Origin: Antedon mediterranea
Taxonomy: Eukaryota > Animalia > Echinodermata
Length of the DNA stretch: 64,000 nucleotides
NCBI RefSeq assembly: GCF_964355755.1
Contig: NC_092672.1
Coordinates: 5,270,001 to 5,334,000 of the forward strand
Direction: 5' to 3'
The notes beneath the pieces are model-generated. The model searched no databases. It saw only the letters and a program-made list of their open reading frames with translations, and was not told where the DNA came from. A program made the position numbers and the translations under genes. Below are positions 1 to 12,559 of the stretch, in pieces; the stretch's first letter is position 1, and the number at the start of each line of letters is the position of its first letter.

Positions 1-1230
1 TTCACATTGGTAGGCAACCATTTAAACCAGCCGGCGTCTCCTTCTAATTCTACACACGAGGGGCCTACGTCGGTGATTGGTCTCCACATGACGTGTTTTG
101 ATATTCAACACACACTCGCGGACGTTTCTTTTCAGTTATTTAAATTTATAATCAAGGTCCCGCAAAAAGGGCACTCTCTCTTCTCCTTTTTTGAGTTCAT
201 ATTTTCTTTCACATTGGTAGGCAACCATTTAAACCAGCCGCGTCTCCTTCTAATTCTACACACGAGGGGCCTACGTCGGTGATTGGTCTCCACGTGACGT
301 GTTTTTAGTTTCGCCAAACTCGCCCTTCTTTCATTGTTCGTTTTTTCTTGGTGTACTGTTTTAATGTGGCGGGACACATTTATAATCAAGGTCCCGCAAA
401 AAGGGCACTCTCTCTTCTCTTTTTTTGAGTTCATATTTTCTTTCACATTGGTAGGCAACCATTTAAACCAGCCGCGTCTCCTTTTAATTCTACACACGAG
501 GGGCCTACGTCGGTGATTGGTCTCCACGTGACGTGTTTTGATATTCAACACACACTCGCGGACGTTTATTTTCAGTTATTTAAATTTATAATCAAGGTCC
601 CGCAAAAAGGGCACTCTCTCTTCTCCTTTTTTGAGTTCATATTTTCTTTCTCATTGGTAGGCAACCATTTAAACCAGCTGCGTCTCCTTCTAATTCTACA
701 CACGAGGGGCCTATGTCGGTGATTGGTCTCCACGTGACGTGTTTTTAGTTTCGCCAGACTCGCCCTTCTTTCATTGTCCGTTTTTTCTTGGTGTACTGTT
801 TTAATGTGGCGGGACACATTTATAATCAAGGTCCCGCAAAAAGGGCACTCTCTCTTCTCCTTTTTTGAGTTCATATTTTCTTTCACATTGGTAGGCAACC
901 ATTTAAACCAGCCGCGTCTCCTTCTAATTCTACACACGAGGAGCCTACGTCGGTGATTGGTCTCCACGTGACGTGTTTTGATATTCAACACACACTCGCG
1001 GACGTTTCTTTTCAGTTATTTAAATTTATAATCAAGGTCCCGCAAAAAGGGCACTCTCTCTTCTCCTTTTTTGAGTTCATATTTTCTTTCACATTGGTAG
1101 GCAACCATTTAAACCAGCTGCGTCTCCTTCTAATTCTACACATGAGGAGCCTACGTCGGTGATTGGTCTCCACGTGACGTGTTTTGATATTCAACACACA
1201 CTCGCGGACGTTTCTTTTCAGTTATTTAAA
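1..1230. repeat. Tandem satellite, alternating ~206-bp and 234-bp subunits (440-bp higher-order unit), runs off the left edge
   Basis: TTCACATTGGTAGGCAACC (one copy with a substitution) recurs at 1, 208, 442, 648, 882 and 1088. ORFs 132-551 and 572-991 are near-identical and 440 bp apart. The minus strand reads CPFCGTLIINVSRHIKTVH (C2H2-like). Confidence 0.92.
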
Positions 1231-1433
1231 CTGTAGCCTATTACCGTATAATTTTCATCAAAAAGTAAATAAACCAAACACTAATTCACCATAAATCGTA
1301 GTTACTTTATTTGAACGCCTTTTTCATAATACCGTGGACATAATTATACAACATACTGTCAACTTCTTCGCTTATCAACTGACCAAGGAGGACGGACAGA
1401 CACCTTCTGATAACTATTGATTTTGAAGTCTAA

Positions 1434-1595
1434 AGCTCTGTTTACACTCTCAAACTAGTTTGACAAAAAAGTGTGATATGCCTAAATATGGTAGTGATAT
1501 GCCCAAATATAGTAGTGATATGACATCATCATGTCTATATGGGTACCAAGCATCACATTTATAGTCATTAGTCATTTTATAGTGTAGACAGAGCT
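1434..1595. mobile_element. MITE family 1 (PIF/Harbinger Tourist-like) copy
   Basis: Terminal inverted repeats AGCTCTGT(C/T)TACACT...AGTGTAGACAGAGCT, with the same internal sequence as the other family-1 copies. Confidence 0.8.
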
Positions 1596-2130
1596 TTTAT
1601 ACAACTTCAGTTTGAGTTGCCTTATTCCACTATGGCTGAAAACCTAACCACATGGGTGTATGTTGCAAATGGGGATTATTTTAGACATGATATGAGCTCA
1701 AATACTTTAAAGAATTAAATGTGTTAAGAGTCACTTGACCAAACTCTGAAGCAATTTAATTAATTATTTAATCTGTTTAGCATTTGTTATCAAAGTATTG
1801 GTATCATAAACAGAATTCTACATAAAACCTCTCTCTTTGGGACACCCCTAATAATGGGGACACTTTCGTATTAAATGAATGATGCACAATATCTTTTTCA
1901 AACCCTATTCAGAAGACATGCTAATATAGAGATATTTTGTTGAGCCTAGTTGATATTCTTTGATATAGTACTAGAATGATAAAAAATGAACAAACAAAAT
2001 TAATTTTATCAATTTAATGTGATTGCAAAATATCACTCTACTTTTTTGTTTCATGACACAATGATTGAAATAATCGCGCTTTTTGTTTATCACAGTTTAA
2101 GTTTTTGAAATATTTTTTTTACAATTTTAG

Positions 2131-2148
2131 ATGCTCAAGGTGAAAATG
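2131..2148 (+). CDS. Candidate 18-nt micro-exon of the RING E3 ligase gene (DAQGEN)
   Basis: ttttttttacaattttAG|ATGCTCAAGGTGAAAATG|GTAAGC. Phase 1-1, joins in frame to the exon at 7389. Confidence 0.5.
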
Positions 2149-3034
2149 GTAAGCAAAGAAAATATTGTAGTTATAGAACAATAACATTAAACTTCCATCT
2201 TGCCATCCATCTTTGTTTTTTACATCTTGCATAGATGACATAGTCATGGTGGTTTTGGAGCATAATGTCATCACCTTTCCAATTTATACATTATATTTTG
2301 CTTGTGTTCATATGGTTTATAAATGCTAAATCTAAATTGCCTCACTGTCAATATCTCTTTTTGTCATTTTTTTTCATTTATAAAATTCAAGATAACTTAA
2401 CAAATAAATATCTGTTTGAATAAAGCACTCTGTTGAGCTCCGAGTCAAAATGTTTTCAAATACCTGAGCTTTTACACGGATAATTAATATTTTCCCCCTC
2501 AAATATATATTTTTTTTCAATTTTGTTGTTGAATATGCCATTTTAATGTTACATAATAGTTATTCACTGACAAAAAATTGAATTGAAAAAAAAAAAATAA
2601 TTTCTGAAATAAAAAAAAAAAAAATAGTCAAATTGGTTGCATTTAAATGTTTGTTATTTTATAAGTGAAAACATTTTTTTTTAGGAAAATGGCATGTTCA
2701 AAGTCTGATTTTATTAATCTTTATGTTTTTGGGAGATAATACTTAAACACTGTTGCAGTAGGCCATCTATTTTGCTTTGGAAATGTTAATTTGATAAGGG
2801 AATATCTAATTCAAGGGCATAAGATTTCTTTTTTTTTCTGTATTAATTGCGAGTTGATTTCATGCAAATTTGCTGTGTTCAATCATAAAAAGTGTACATT
2901 TTAAAATCATAATGATTGACAGTGCAGATAAATTGTAATTTTAAGTTTTTCCATGATCTGCATTTTGTCATAGATTTTCTGATAAAGTTTATAAATTAAT
3001 TCAGTATGGATTTAAATGATATATAGGGATAATC

Positions 3035-3220
3035 AGGCCTTGTCTTTTGAAAAGTATAGGTGTGCTACAAATTGCACTCCTCAATACATTCAGGGGTGCT
3101 GTAGGTGTGCTGTTTGTATTTTGGTGTGTAGAAGTTTACCAAATTTAAGCGTGTTGTAAATTGCACTCCTCAAGTGTGTAGGTGAGTGATCACAATCACT
3201 CGCCTTAAAAGACAAGGCCT
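3035..3220. mobile_element. Short MITE-like element
   Basis: Inverted termini AGGCCTTGTCTTTT / AAAAGACAAGGCCT, with an internal direct repeat AAATTGCACTCCTCAA. Confidence 0.55.
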
Positions 3221-3886
3221 AGATAATATTTGATAACTTTTTTAGGGTCTTGAGTGGTTTAGTTTTTAGAATAGAATATGCGGTCTCTGTTAAATAACTT
3301 ATTTATATTCTCTTTTTAATCTTATTCTATGGCGCTATGGAAGAGTACTTTTTGCTACCATAGAGGGATTCTTTTTTTTTTTTTTGTTCCTTTGAGAGTC
3401 TGATCTGAACTGTATCTCTTAGTTTTCGGCTATCACTAACAACAGTTATTTCCAAGTTTAGCTGGAAACAATTATTATTTTTATTATATAACACAGTAGA
3501 ACCATTCTTTGGTACACTCTATTAAGAGGACATCCCTAGAGGAAACTTTGTTGGCTTCTGAAGGTGTCCCCTTATAGGGGTCCTACTGTATTGTACTGTA
3601 ATGCATATCCTGGAAATCATATTCATGTAGACAACCAAATCTGTTTCTAGAAATTTCTATTTTATTGCTTGTTTCAATGAATGGCTACAGTTTTAAAGTA
3701 AATTTCAAAGGGCATACAGTATTGTGTAAAAACAAATATAAATAAGCAAGCAAATAGAATAAGTGCTTAAATACATACTGGGAAATTATACATTTATATT
3801 CACATTACAGTGTACTGGTAATGTTTATAGTGTAATAATATATGTTTCAGGTATACTTGGCTGATCATTCTAGATAACCATCCTAA

Positions 3887-4024
3887 AGCCCTGTTCAGTA
3901 TCAAACTTAATTGTGACAAAAAAAATGTGATATGCCCATATATGGACATGATGATGTCATATCACTACTATATTTGAGTATCACACTTTTTTTGGAAAAC
4001 TAGTTTGTATGTGTAGACAGGGTT
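3887..4024. mobile_element. MITE family 1 copy
   Basis: Degenerate family-1 TIRs, TAA on both flanks. Confidence 0.75.
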
Positions 4025-4109
4025 TAAGATATTATGACTTTATAACTGGTTCAAGGTGATAGAAGGCCAAATCTAATAGCATTGTACAAAATACCATGTG
4101 TTTTAATCA

Positions 4110-6836
4110 TCTATATATAAATTTACGTAAGGGCAAAATTCGGTAAATCGCGCCTTACTTCTAGAATTTTTACTCGATGGTATGTAAAGTTGGTTTGTAC
4201 TTTCGGTACTGATTTTAACCGCCTGATGTAACCCTGTTTACTAATTAAATTAAGTTAGATAATTAGTTATTGACGATTAAAACGAATTTAGGTTCAAAGA
4301 TTTGCCCCAAATAGGGGTGTTTTCCGATCGTGGTATACACTGTCTAATGGATGTCCATCTTGAAAAATACCCGCCACAAAAATGCGAGGAGGCTTCGCAT
4401 TTTCCTATCTCCTCCTACGATAATTGTTTTTAATAGCTGAAAACCGGTTGAACAGCTAGAGTACACCATCATAATGTTGAAGACAGGCCGATTTTCTTTA
4501 AAAAATACTATTTTGATAGATTTAATATACGATTATACAAATGTATTGATTTGCGATGAATGGAACATCCCAATCTCTCAGTCTGCCAGAGTTTGGTTTA
4601 ACACAAGTAGGTAAATTTATGAGCCCTTGGTTTAACACATACGGTAGGTAAATATATGGGCCCTTTGAGAATAAACTTGCAATACTTTGACAATACTGTA
4701 AATACCTATTATGTTCGTCCTGTTAGATTAGATTAGATGTAATATAAAAATATATACAAATAAACTTTATTACTGACATTGTGGACAGGCTCTACAGTTA
4801 GATATATAAACACATTATTATATACAAATAAACTTTATACTGACAGTTCCTTCTCAACGTTTGTATTAATTAATAATTACCAATAATATAAACGTCGTAG
4901 TAGTGTATCGTGACATGTACTTTAATATTTCAATCGATTATGACAGTGACAGTTTAACAAAGTATTAAATCGTAAATGTTTTACTGTATTTAGAGGTATA
5001 TTATTTATAGAATATAGGCCTATAAAACATGAAAAAAATATTTCGTTACTGAGTGGATAAAGAATATATTAAAAAAATGTTCCTCTTTGTACCTATCCGC
5101 TTTCCCATCCCTCAACCCTAATGTTACATACAAAACACAAATTGGGTTTCTTTAAATGAGTCCAAATCAAAAATTTGGACTCATTTTGTGATAAGTTTCT
5201 CCTTCGGAAGTAATTCCCAGGGTGCTAATTTTAGTTGACTACATAAATCATCGTGTCTATTTATTCGTTTCTGTAAACGACAATGTATTATAGTCCTGCG
5301 GTACGTACATTTGAAATCGCCAGTTTTGTTACGCTGAAATTACTGTATATTCGAGAACCATCTGTGGGCAAGACCTGATGGTACGCGAGCAAAGCGAGTG
5401 CTGCAAAGTAAATTTACGTAAGGGCAAAATTCGGTAAATCGCGCGTTATTTCTAGAATGTTTTCTCAATGGTATATAAAGTTGGTTCGTACTTTCGGTAC
5501 TGATTTTAACCACCTGATGTAACCCTGTTTACTAATTAAATTGAGTTCGATAATTAGTTCTTGACGATTAAAACGAATTTAGGTTCAACGATTTGCCTCA
5601 AATAGGGGTGTTTTTTTTAATGGATGTCCGTCTTGAAAAATACCCGCAGACAATAATGCGAGGATGCTTCGCATTTTCCTATCTCCTCCTACAATAATTG
5701 TTTTTAATTGCTGAAAACCGGTTGAACAGCTCCAGTACAGCATCATAATGTTGAAGACAGGCCGATTTTCTTTAAAAAATACTATTTTGATAGATTTAAT
5801 ATACGTTTATACAAATGTATTGATTTGCGATGAATGGAACATTCCAATCTCTGTTCCACAAGCGTCTATTCCCTCAGGCGTCGTAAAGGCAAGTACTGTA
5901 TACTCATAACAGAAATTCGATCCATTTTTTTTCTCAATCTGTGCTGCAGAGGTTGGATATAAATTTTTTTTTAACGGATATTATGAGCTAGCGTTTTCAC
6001 TCGCCGTATATTATGTAGGCCTACACATCTTTATTATTGCAGTTAAACCACCCACATCAACACCCTTCCCTCACTGGCATGAGTAGCGTTGTAAAACCAG
6101 TAGAAGATAGGCCTATGGTACATCACATGCCCTAAACGCAGAACAACTTTGGTGGGTAGGGTAGGAACCAACTTAAGTATGAATTGGCTCTAAGAAACAA
6201 TTGAAAACCATTAGGCCTACTAATTAAGTTGAGTTAGATAATTTAATATTTATTGACGATTAAATCGAATTTATGATTTTCCCCGAATAGAGGTGGTTTT
6301 CACAAATTGTTTTACATTATATAAACATATACACGTCGTAGTGATGTATCGTTACATGTACTGTACTATTTCAATCGACTATGACGGTGATAGTTTCAAC
6401 AAAGTATTAAATCGCAATGTTTTACTGTGTGTTGTGGTATATTATTTGTAAAACATGAAAACAATTAATATTTCGTTACTAAATGGATAAAGAATATATT
6501 TAAAAAGTGTTCCTCTTTGCACCCATCCTCTTCCCCATCCCTCAACCCTAATGTTACATACAAAACACAAATTAAGTTTGTTTAAATTTGACTTAAACAA
6601 TTGGTCTCATTTTGTGACAAGTTTCTCTTTCGGAAGTAATTCCCAGGGTGCTAATTTTAGTTGAGTACATAAATCACAGTGTCTATTTATTCGTTCCTGT
6701 AAACGACATGTATTATTGTCCTGCGGTACGTACATTTGAAACCGCCAGTTTTTTAACGCTGAAATTATTATGTATTCGAGAACCATCTGTGGGCATGACC
6801 TAGATGGTACGCGAGCGAAGCGAGCGTACCATCTAG
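4110..6836 (+). mobile_element. Non-autonomous Helitron, two units head-to-tail
   Basis: 5' end A|TCTATATATAAATTTACG. 3' end is the hairpin CTAGATGGTACGCG..AGCGTACCATCTAG|T, ending in CTAG and inserted between A and T with no TSD. A second unit restarts at about 5409 (AAATTTACGTAAGGGCAAAATTCGG). Confidence 0.85.
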
Positions 6837-7388
6837 TTATAAATAATTCAAGGTATATTTCATTCATTCATTCATTTAAAATCATACAAAAGGCTGCCAA
6901 AGGCTGAAATATATACAATCCTAATTTTTATCATCAAATTAAATCAAAAAAATACACAGGTTCCTCTCACAAGGCTAAGATCAAAGTTTGAATTAAGTCA
7001 AACATGAGACTAAAATTTCTAAGCCCAAGAGAGTACGGTTTTGGGAAAGTTAACAGTTGTATACAAATAAGGAATGTTTTGTATGCATTGGAGAAACAAT
7101 TTTCATTCTTTAAAAGCCTGACTGTCCTAAATATATAACACATTTAATTTCACAGAATCAAATGTCAAAGGCTATGCTATGGGGGGGGGGGGGTCTATGA
7201 TTTGCCTGTGGAGTAGTAGAGCAGTTTATAGGTCACCAACACCTTGGCTCTCAATCATGAGCCTGTGCATTGCTCAAAATGTTTAGGAAAAACTGAGCAT
7301 GCAATAGTATCATTAATCATTGAAATGTGATAAAAGCATGTCAATTTTGTAATGCAGTACAATTATTTTACAATTTCATCTTTTTAAG

Positions 7389-7564
7389 ATCCGCAAAATG
7401 AAGATGATGAAAACCTGTGTAAGATATGCATGGACGCAGGGATAGACTGTGTTCTTCTTGAATGTGGACACATGGTGACGTGTACAAAGTGCGGTAAGGT
7501 CCTTGCAGAGTGTCCAATATGTCGTGTTTTCATCACACGTGTTGTACACACATTCAAGTCGTAA
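7389..7564 (+). CDS. RNF34: Last coding exon of an RNF34/RFFL (CARP)-type C3HC4 RING E3 ubiquitin ligase; upstream exons lie mostly outside the window
   Basis: tttttaAG| then [57 protein letters not shown]. The [19 protein letters not shown]...ECPICR...V.F[KR]S end is the recognisable RNF34/RFFL C-terminus. Not in the ORF track. Confidence 0.9.
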
Positions 7565-9046
7565 GGGATAGTATGCTTTATGTTAATGCTGAAGTTACTG
7601 TTTTTGTAGCCGTCTTCTTCTGAAGATACATGGCCGCCATTGACGGATACTTAGTATCAGTTGACTTCAATGCTGGTGTTATACTCAAGATCTAATTTGT
7701 GATGTGTTGTACACGCATTCAAGTTTTATGTGATAAACGCTTTAAGTTAATGGTGAGGTGGTCGCAGAATATTTAATTTGTGATGTTTGTTGTAGACACA
7801 TTCAAGTTTTATGTGATATACACTTTAAGTTGATGGTGTGGTGGTCTCAGAATATCTAATTTGTCATGTTTTATCACATTTGTGTTGTAAGAGATTTACA
7901 CATGTTTATGTTGAGGTTGTCGCGGAATATCTCATTTGATGTGTTGTTCGCACATTCAAGTTTACATGATAAGATTTGTTCTAAAGGGTAATTTACTGTG
8001 ATGATTATAGTATTTAAGCATAAAAAAAATATTTTTGTACTGTATACACTTTACTACACTTGCATACCAGAGATTTCTTACTCTATGTGTTTGAGGTCTT
8101 TAATTCAACAATATTATTACTGTTAAATTCATATGAAATGTATATTTTTGGATACCCATTACATTACAAATTATTTTAAATATTTGTACATTCAAATATG
8201 TTCATTCACAAACTCAGTTACAACAATTTTTTTTTCACATTGCATTTTCACAAACTTTTGATAAAAGTTTTTTTGCGGAATGAAATTAGATTTATAATTA
8301 TATATATATAACCATTTTTATGCTCATTATTACTATTCATTTTATTTTGTATATAAGTATATATAATATATGGTATCTGAAATACAACATAACTAGAGAA
8401 CGGCACTTATCTTCGATAGCTGCTGGTTAGCAAATTTCTCAGAAACTGCAAGAATTCCTCAATTCTATTGTATTCCTAAAATACGTACACACACACAACG
8501 GCGTTACGGAAAGAAGTGATGACAATTTGAGATGGGATGGTGCCCACTAGAGTGCGTACTTCGGGTCGATACCTTTATCTGATAGGGGAGGTTATCAGTA
8601 TTCCTCTCTTCGGAGAAATAGCCTATTGTCTGTTTATCCAGTAAGTTGCACTCATAGACTACCAACACCAGTTAGTGTGTGTAATATATATATATGGTAC
8701 CTGAAATACAATAGTGAGTTTTTATGAATATAGTACATTGTGACTGTTAGTCATTCATAATTGATATTGAAATAATACTAAATTTGCATACCCAGGTGGA
8801 GCTATAAGTTCCCCCTATCTACAATCGGTAATACAAATAATAGTTTGTATTAATTCATATTCTATATAAAAACAAAATTCGCTTAATCATAACATTTTTA
8901 TGATGTGGAGTCTGGAAAATTATGTTAATTAAAGCAACCTATTTAAGATTTTTAACCTACAAAATATACTATTTATAAATAATAATAAAAAAATAATAAT
9001 ATTGATAATAAGGGACACCAATGAACTGATCAAAACCTACCATGTT

Positions 9047-9155
9047 AAGAGTGGTTCCCACTGACAAGCGACAGTTCGATTAATCCATCGCTTGTAATTG
9101 GTCAAATACGTTGCGTTACGACGTTGTGTTGCATCTCAACTGGGAACCACGCATT
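9047..9155. mobile_element. MITE family 2 degenerate copy
   Basis: GTGGTTCCCACT...TGGGAACCAC inverted termini, related to 45031-45177. Confidence 0.6.
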
Positions 9156-11404
9156 AGATGATAAACAAAAGCTATAGCGTTGTATTGTGAACTACAGTCA
9201 CAATTTGGTGCGTTCACTTGACGATGACCTATAAATATGACACCAAATATCCACTAATTTAAAGTACAGAGGGTAAAACAACAAATGCTAATTGAAGTCT
9301 GATTGTAGAAAGTCCTGGTATTAATGTGAATTGCATCACCAATAGGCTATGTTTTGGTTTTGTATCGTGAGAGTAATACACTGCACACAATAGGAGTGTC
9401 CCCTTAATAGGGGTTGGCTGTGGTAAAGCATATATTGCCCGTTATTCGTTTGTCAGTAAAGTGGCCTCTTAATTTGGATGTCCCCTGAATACAGGTGTCC
9501 GAAAGAAGAATAAATGTTCGTATTCAAATGATAAGCCATTGGCTGGGATTACTGTATATTCTGTTGGAGTGCAATTTTGATTCAAGTTTAAATATTTTCT
9601 TTCTGACATAATATAGTACAGTTGCTATTTCATTTGCTGCCCCCAGCAAATGATTGTAACCCTTTTACTTACTCTTTTTTTAGTTATTAATAGTGTGTAT
9701 ATTGGTAAAAAAAAGCTTCAGACATGCTATTGGCCCAATATAGGCACCTGTATGCTAATTATTTAAATTAGGTGTAAAAAAAATACATTCCATATTGTAT
9801 AGTATATTTGTTCATTATGTTAAAGTATAAAGCTAAATTATCAATTCTTAGGATAGGAAGCTTTCAATTTGCGACGATTGATGACCAACCTAGGTCAGGT
9901 CAATTGATGCGTTGTTGGTCGTCACCGTGACCTAGGAACCAAACCTGTGTTTCAAGGTGAAGAGCGCACAATTAACTGAATTATGACATGTACAGCTACC
10001 GAAGAAGATATGTGTTATAAACCACACTATTTATTTATTTTTTCAATTAATTATTGTTTCTCTATTTTGTAAATGGTGGTCTCTGCTTAAAGTCTACTTT
10101 TAGACTTATTTTGACCACCATCCACATTTATACTTAATTAATTATAAAGAAGTGTTAAATATATTATCATTTGTGGAAATCAATAAACAAACAAACAAAA
10201 CTAACATGACATGTTTGGGTCATCAGTCGCCGCAAATCATAGCTTGCTATTGTTAATTACTCTGTTTTAAAATTCTATGTTTAAAAAAAAATATTTATTA
10301 GTTATTGTTTAAAAAGACAGCTGAAATCCAAACCTTTAAAAGAGACATTTTTTTTTTAATTAGCATATAAAATTTTTTTTTTCATGATGACAAAATGCTC
10401 ATAAAAGTTGTTTTACTAACTGAAATATATATATGAAATGAAATGATATTTCAAGGTCAAATAGTAGAAACATTATATTGGCAGTTTTCAAACAGCAATA
10501 AGTTATGATGAGCGCCCTCAAATAGGCCATTAATCAATTAGTCCATTTCCATGGCAATTTTAGCTATTTAATATCTCATCAGTGTTCTCAATATAGAAAT
10601 CAATTCTGGATATTTAAGTGACAGGTATTGCATACTGTGATATAGTATATGAGTTTTATACATTCTACAAACAAAAAAGGTCAAAAGGTCAAATATATTT
10701 TACTTTAATGATCTAATTAACAAAGTTTAAGCCTCCAATTGGTGTTGGTCAATGCAAATTTTTAGTACTGGTCGGAGCAAATTTATTTTGGTAAATTGTG
10801 TTGGCAAACCTGCTTTGGGAGAACACTTCATACCTCGATGGTTAAACAAATATTTTACTATTTCAATTTTACCCCTGTTTACAATTAATGTTTTGCTATA
10901 TATAGTGGCGTAACGGCTATGAGCGCTCACTGGCTAAACCCAGGGGCCCTGGATCAACCCAGGATCTTATGGGTCCCTGAGCATTGTCCAGAGGAAACTA
11001 AAAGAGGCATTCAAATATGTGGAAAAAGGCTAAAAACACCCGAGGCCTCCAGCGATGGAGGGCCACTTTAGGGTTCCTAAGCCAGGGGCCTCAGGCCTCT
11101 GCATTATGCCACTGTGGCTAGATAATATATATTTTTAATAGCTCTTATAGTATGTAGGCCTAGTAACCAAGAAAAGCCTGTTTTGCACTAATGTAGAACT
11201 ATCGCTGCATTTTAAAATGATGTTTAATAATGTTATTAAACGAGAAGAAGGATACAAATGTTGTTGTTTCCAGATTAATTATTGTAATTCATGTTTTAAC
11301 TTTAATAAATCAATACACTTTGTAGACGTTAGTCTCGTATATTTTTTTTTATCATTGCACAAAAATAACAGAAGTCAATAATAATTATGTAGATTGCTTT
11401 TTTA

Positions 11405-11519
11405 AAACCTGTCTACACTATCAAACTGACAAAAAAATGTGTTGTGTCCATATATGGACATGATGATGTCATATCACTACCATATTTGGTGATACCACTA
11501 CCATATTTGGGCAGAGCTT
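11405..11519. mobile_element. MITE family 1 internally deleted copy
   Basis: CTGTCTACACTATCAAACT...CAGAGCT with the family-1 core. Confidence 0.65.
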
Positions 11520-12559
11520 ATAGTCTCAGATTTTTTTTATCACACAAATAACAGAAATCAATAATAATTAAGGAAATTTATTTTCAGATATATTACCTCT
11601 TGCGCAATATTGTTGAGTGTACATAAGAGACATTTTCTTCAGAAGAAAGAAATATCGCTTCATTAACTCTGCTTTGATAATCAGACAGTTCCAAAATAGG
11701 TTGAACAATAGTCACAGTTTACCTAAAATAATCGTATTTCAAAAACCTATAATGCTCAATTACTTATAACAACATTTCCATAAATGCCAAATCATTACCT
11801 ATTTACAGTAAGTTAATACCGATAATCAAACTGGCCCGTCTTTTAAAGTTATGGTATATCTGATACTTTGTTTTGACACGTAATATAAGTATTATATACA
11901 CGTTTTGTCATCTTTAATTAAAAACGAAATTGCGTATCGTGTAACTGTGATTTTAAGCAATTTACGACCTTTGACATAATTTATGATTAAATAACATTAA
12001 CCATGCGGACGAGTTGTCTAATCGTTCGTGAAAATAAACAAAGATATTCAAGTTTAGATGAATACACCCTTTACTGGACAGAGACCCTACATTTTCGTCA
12101 TAGGAACGTTCATTATTACCTTGGATAAACGTATGTATTAATTATAAACATATGGGATTGAAATTCTACATTTTACAATGCTGAAAATTGTAAGTCAACC
12201 TTGCTATGTTGTTGTACTTAAGTTTATAATTAGTGTTTCAACCATTATGGAGGATACTACTCCACTACTACAAGAAAAGTAACATATATTGTCTTATTAG
12301 CTTTTCTGTTTTCATAAAATGAGATGAATTAATTTTTTAGATTTTGTGTTTAAAATATGCATAGTTGTCATATTTTACTTACATTTTCTGTCATTGTTAA
12401 TTTGATAACTGTAATGTTAGTTTTTTCTGCTTTTAGCTTCTTTAAACAATTTAGTAAAATAATTCACATTTATTTTTTTCTGATATTACAAAATACTTCT
12501 TGAACAGCTTATAATTTTATTTTGTTTGTTTGGCAGGTTTTTTACAATAATTTCTAAAA

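Noticed and set aside
132-1197. Functional zinc-finger genes from the 139-aa ORFs
   Set aside because: Non-ATG starts, a frame broken every 440 bp and a pure tandem-repeat context.
10451-10459. TCAAGGTCA nuclear-receptor half-sites (also about 61649)
   Set aside because: Short motifs expected by chance, with no supporting evidence.
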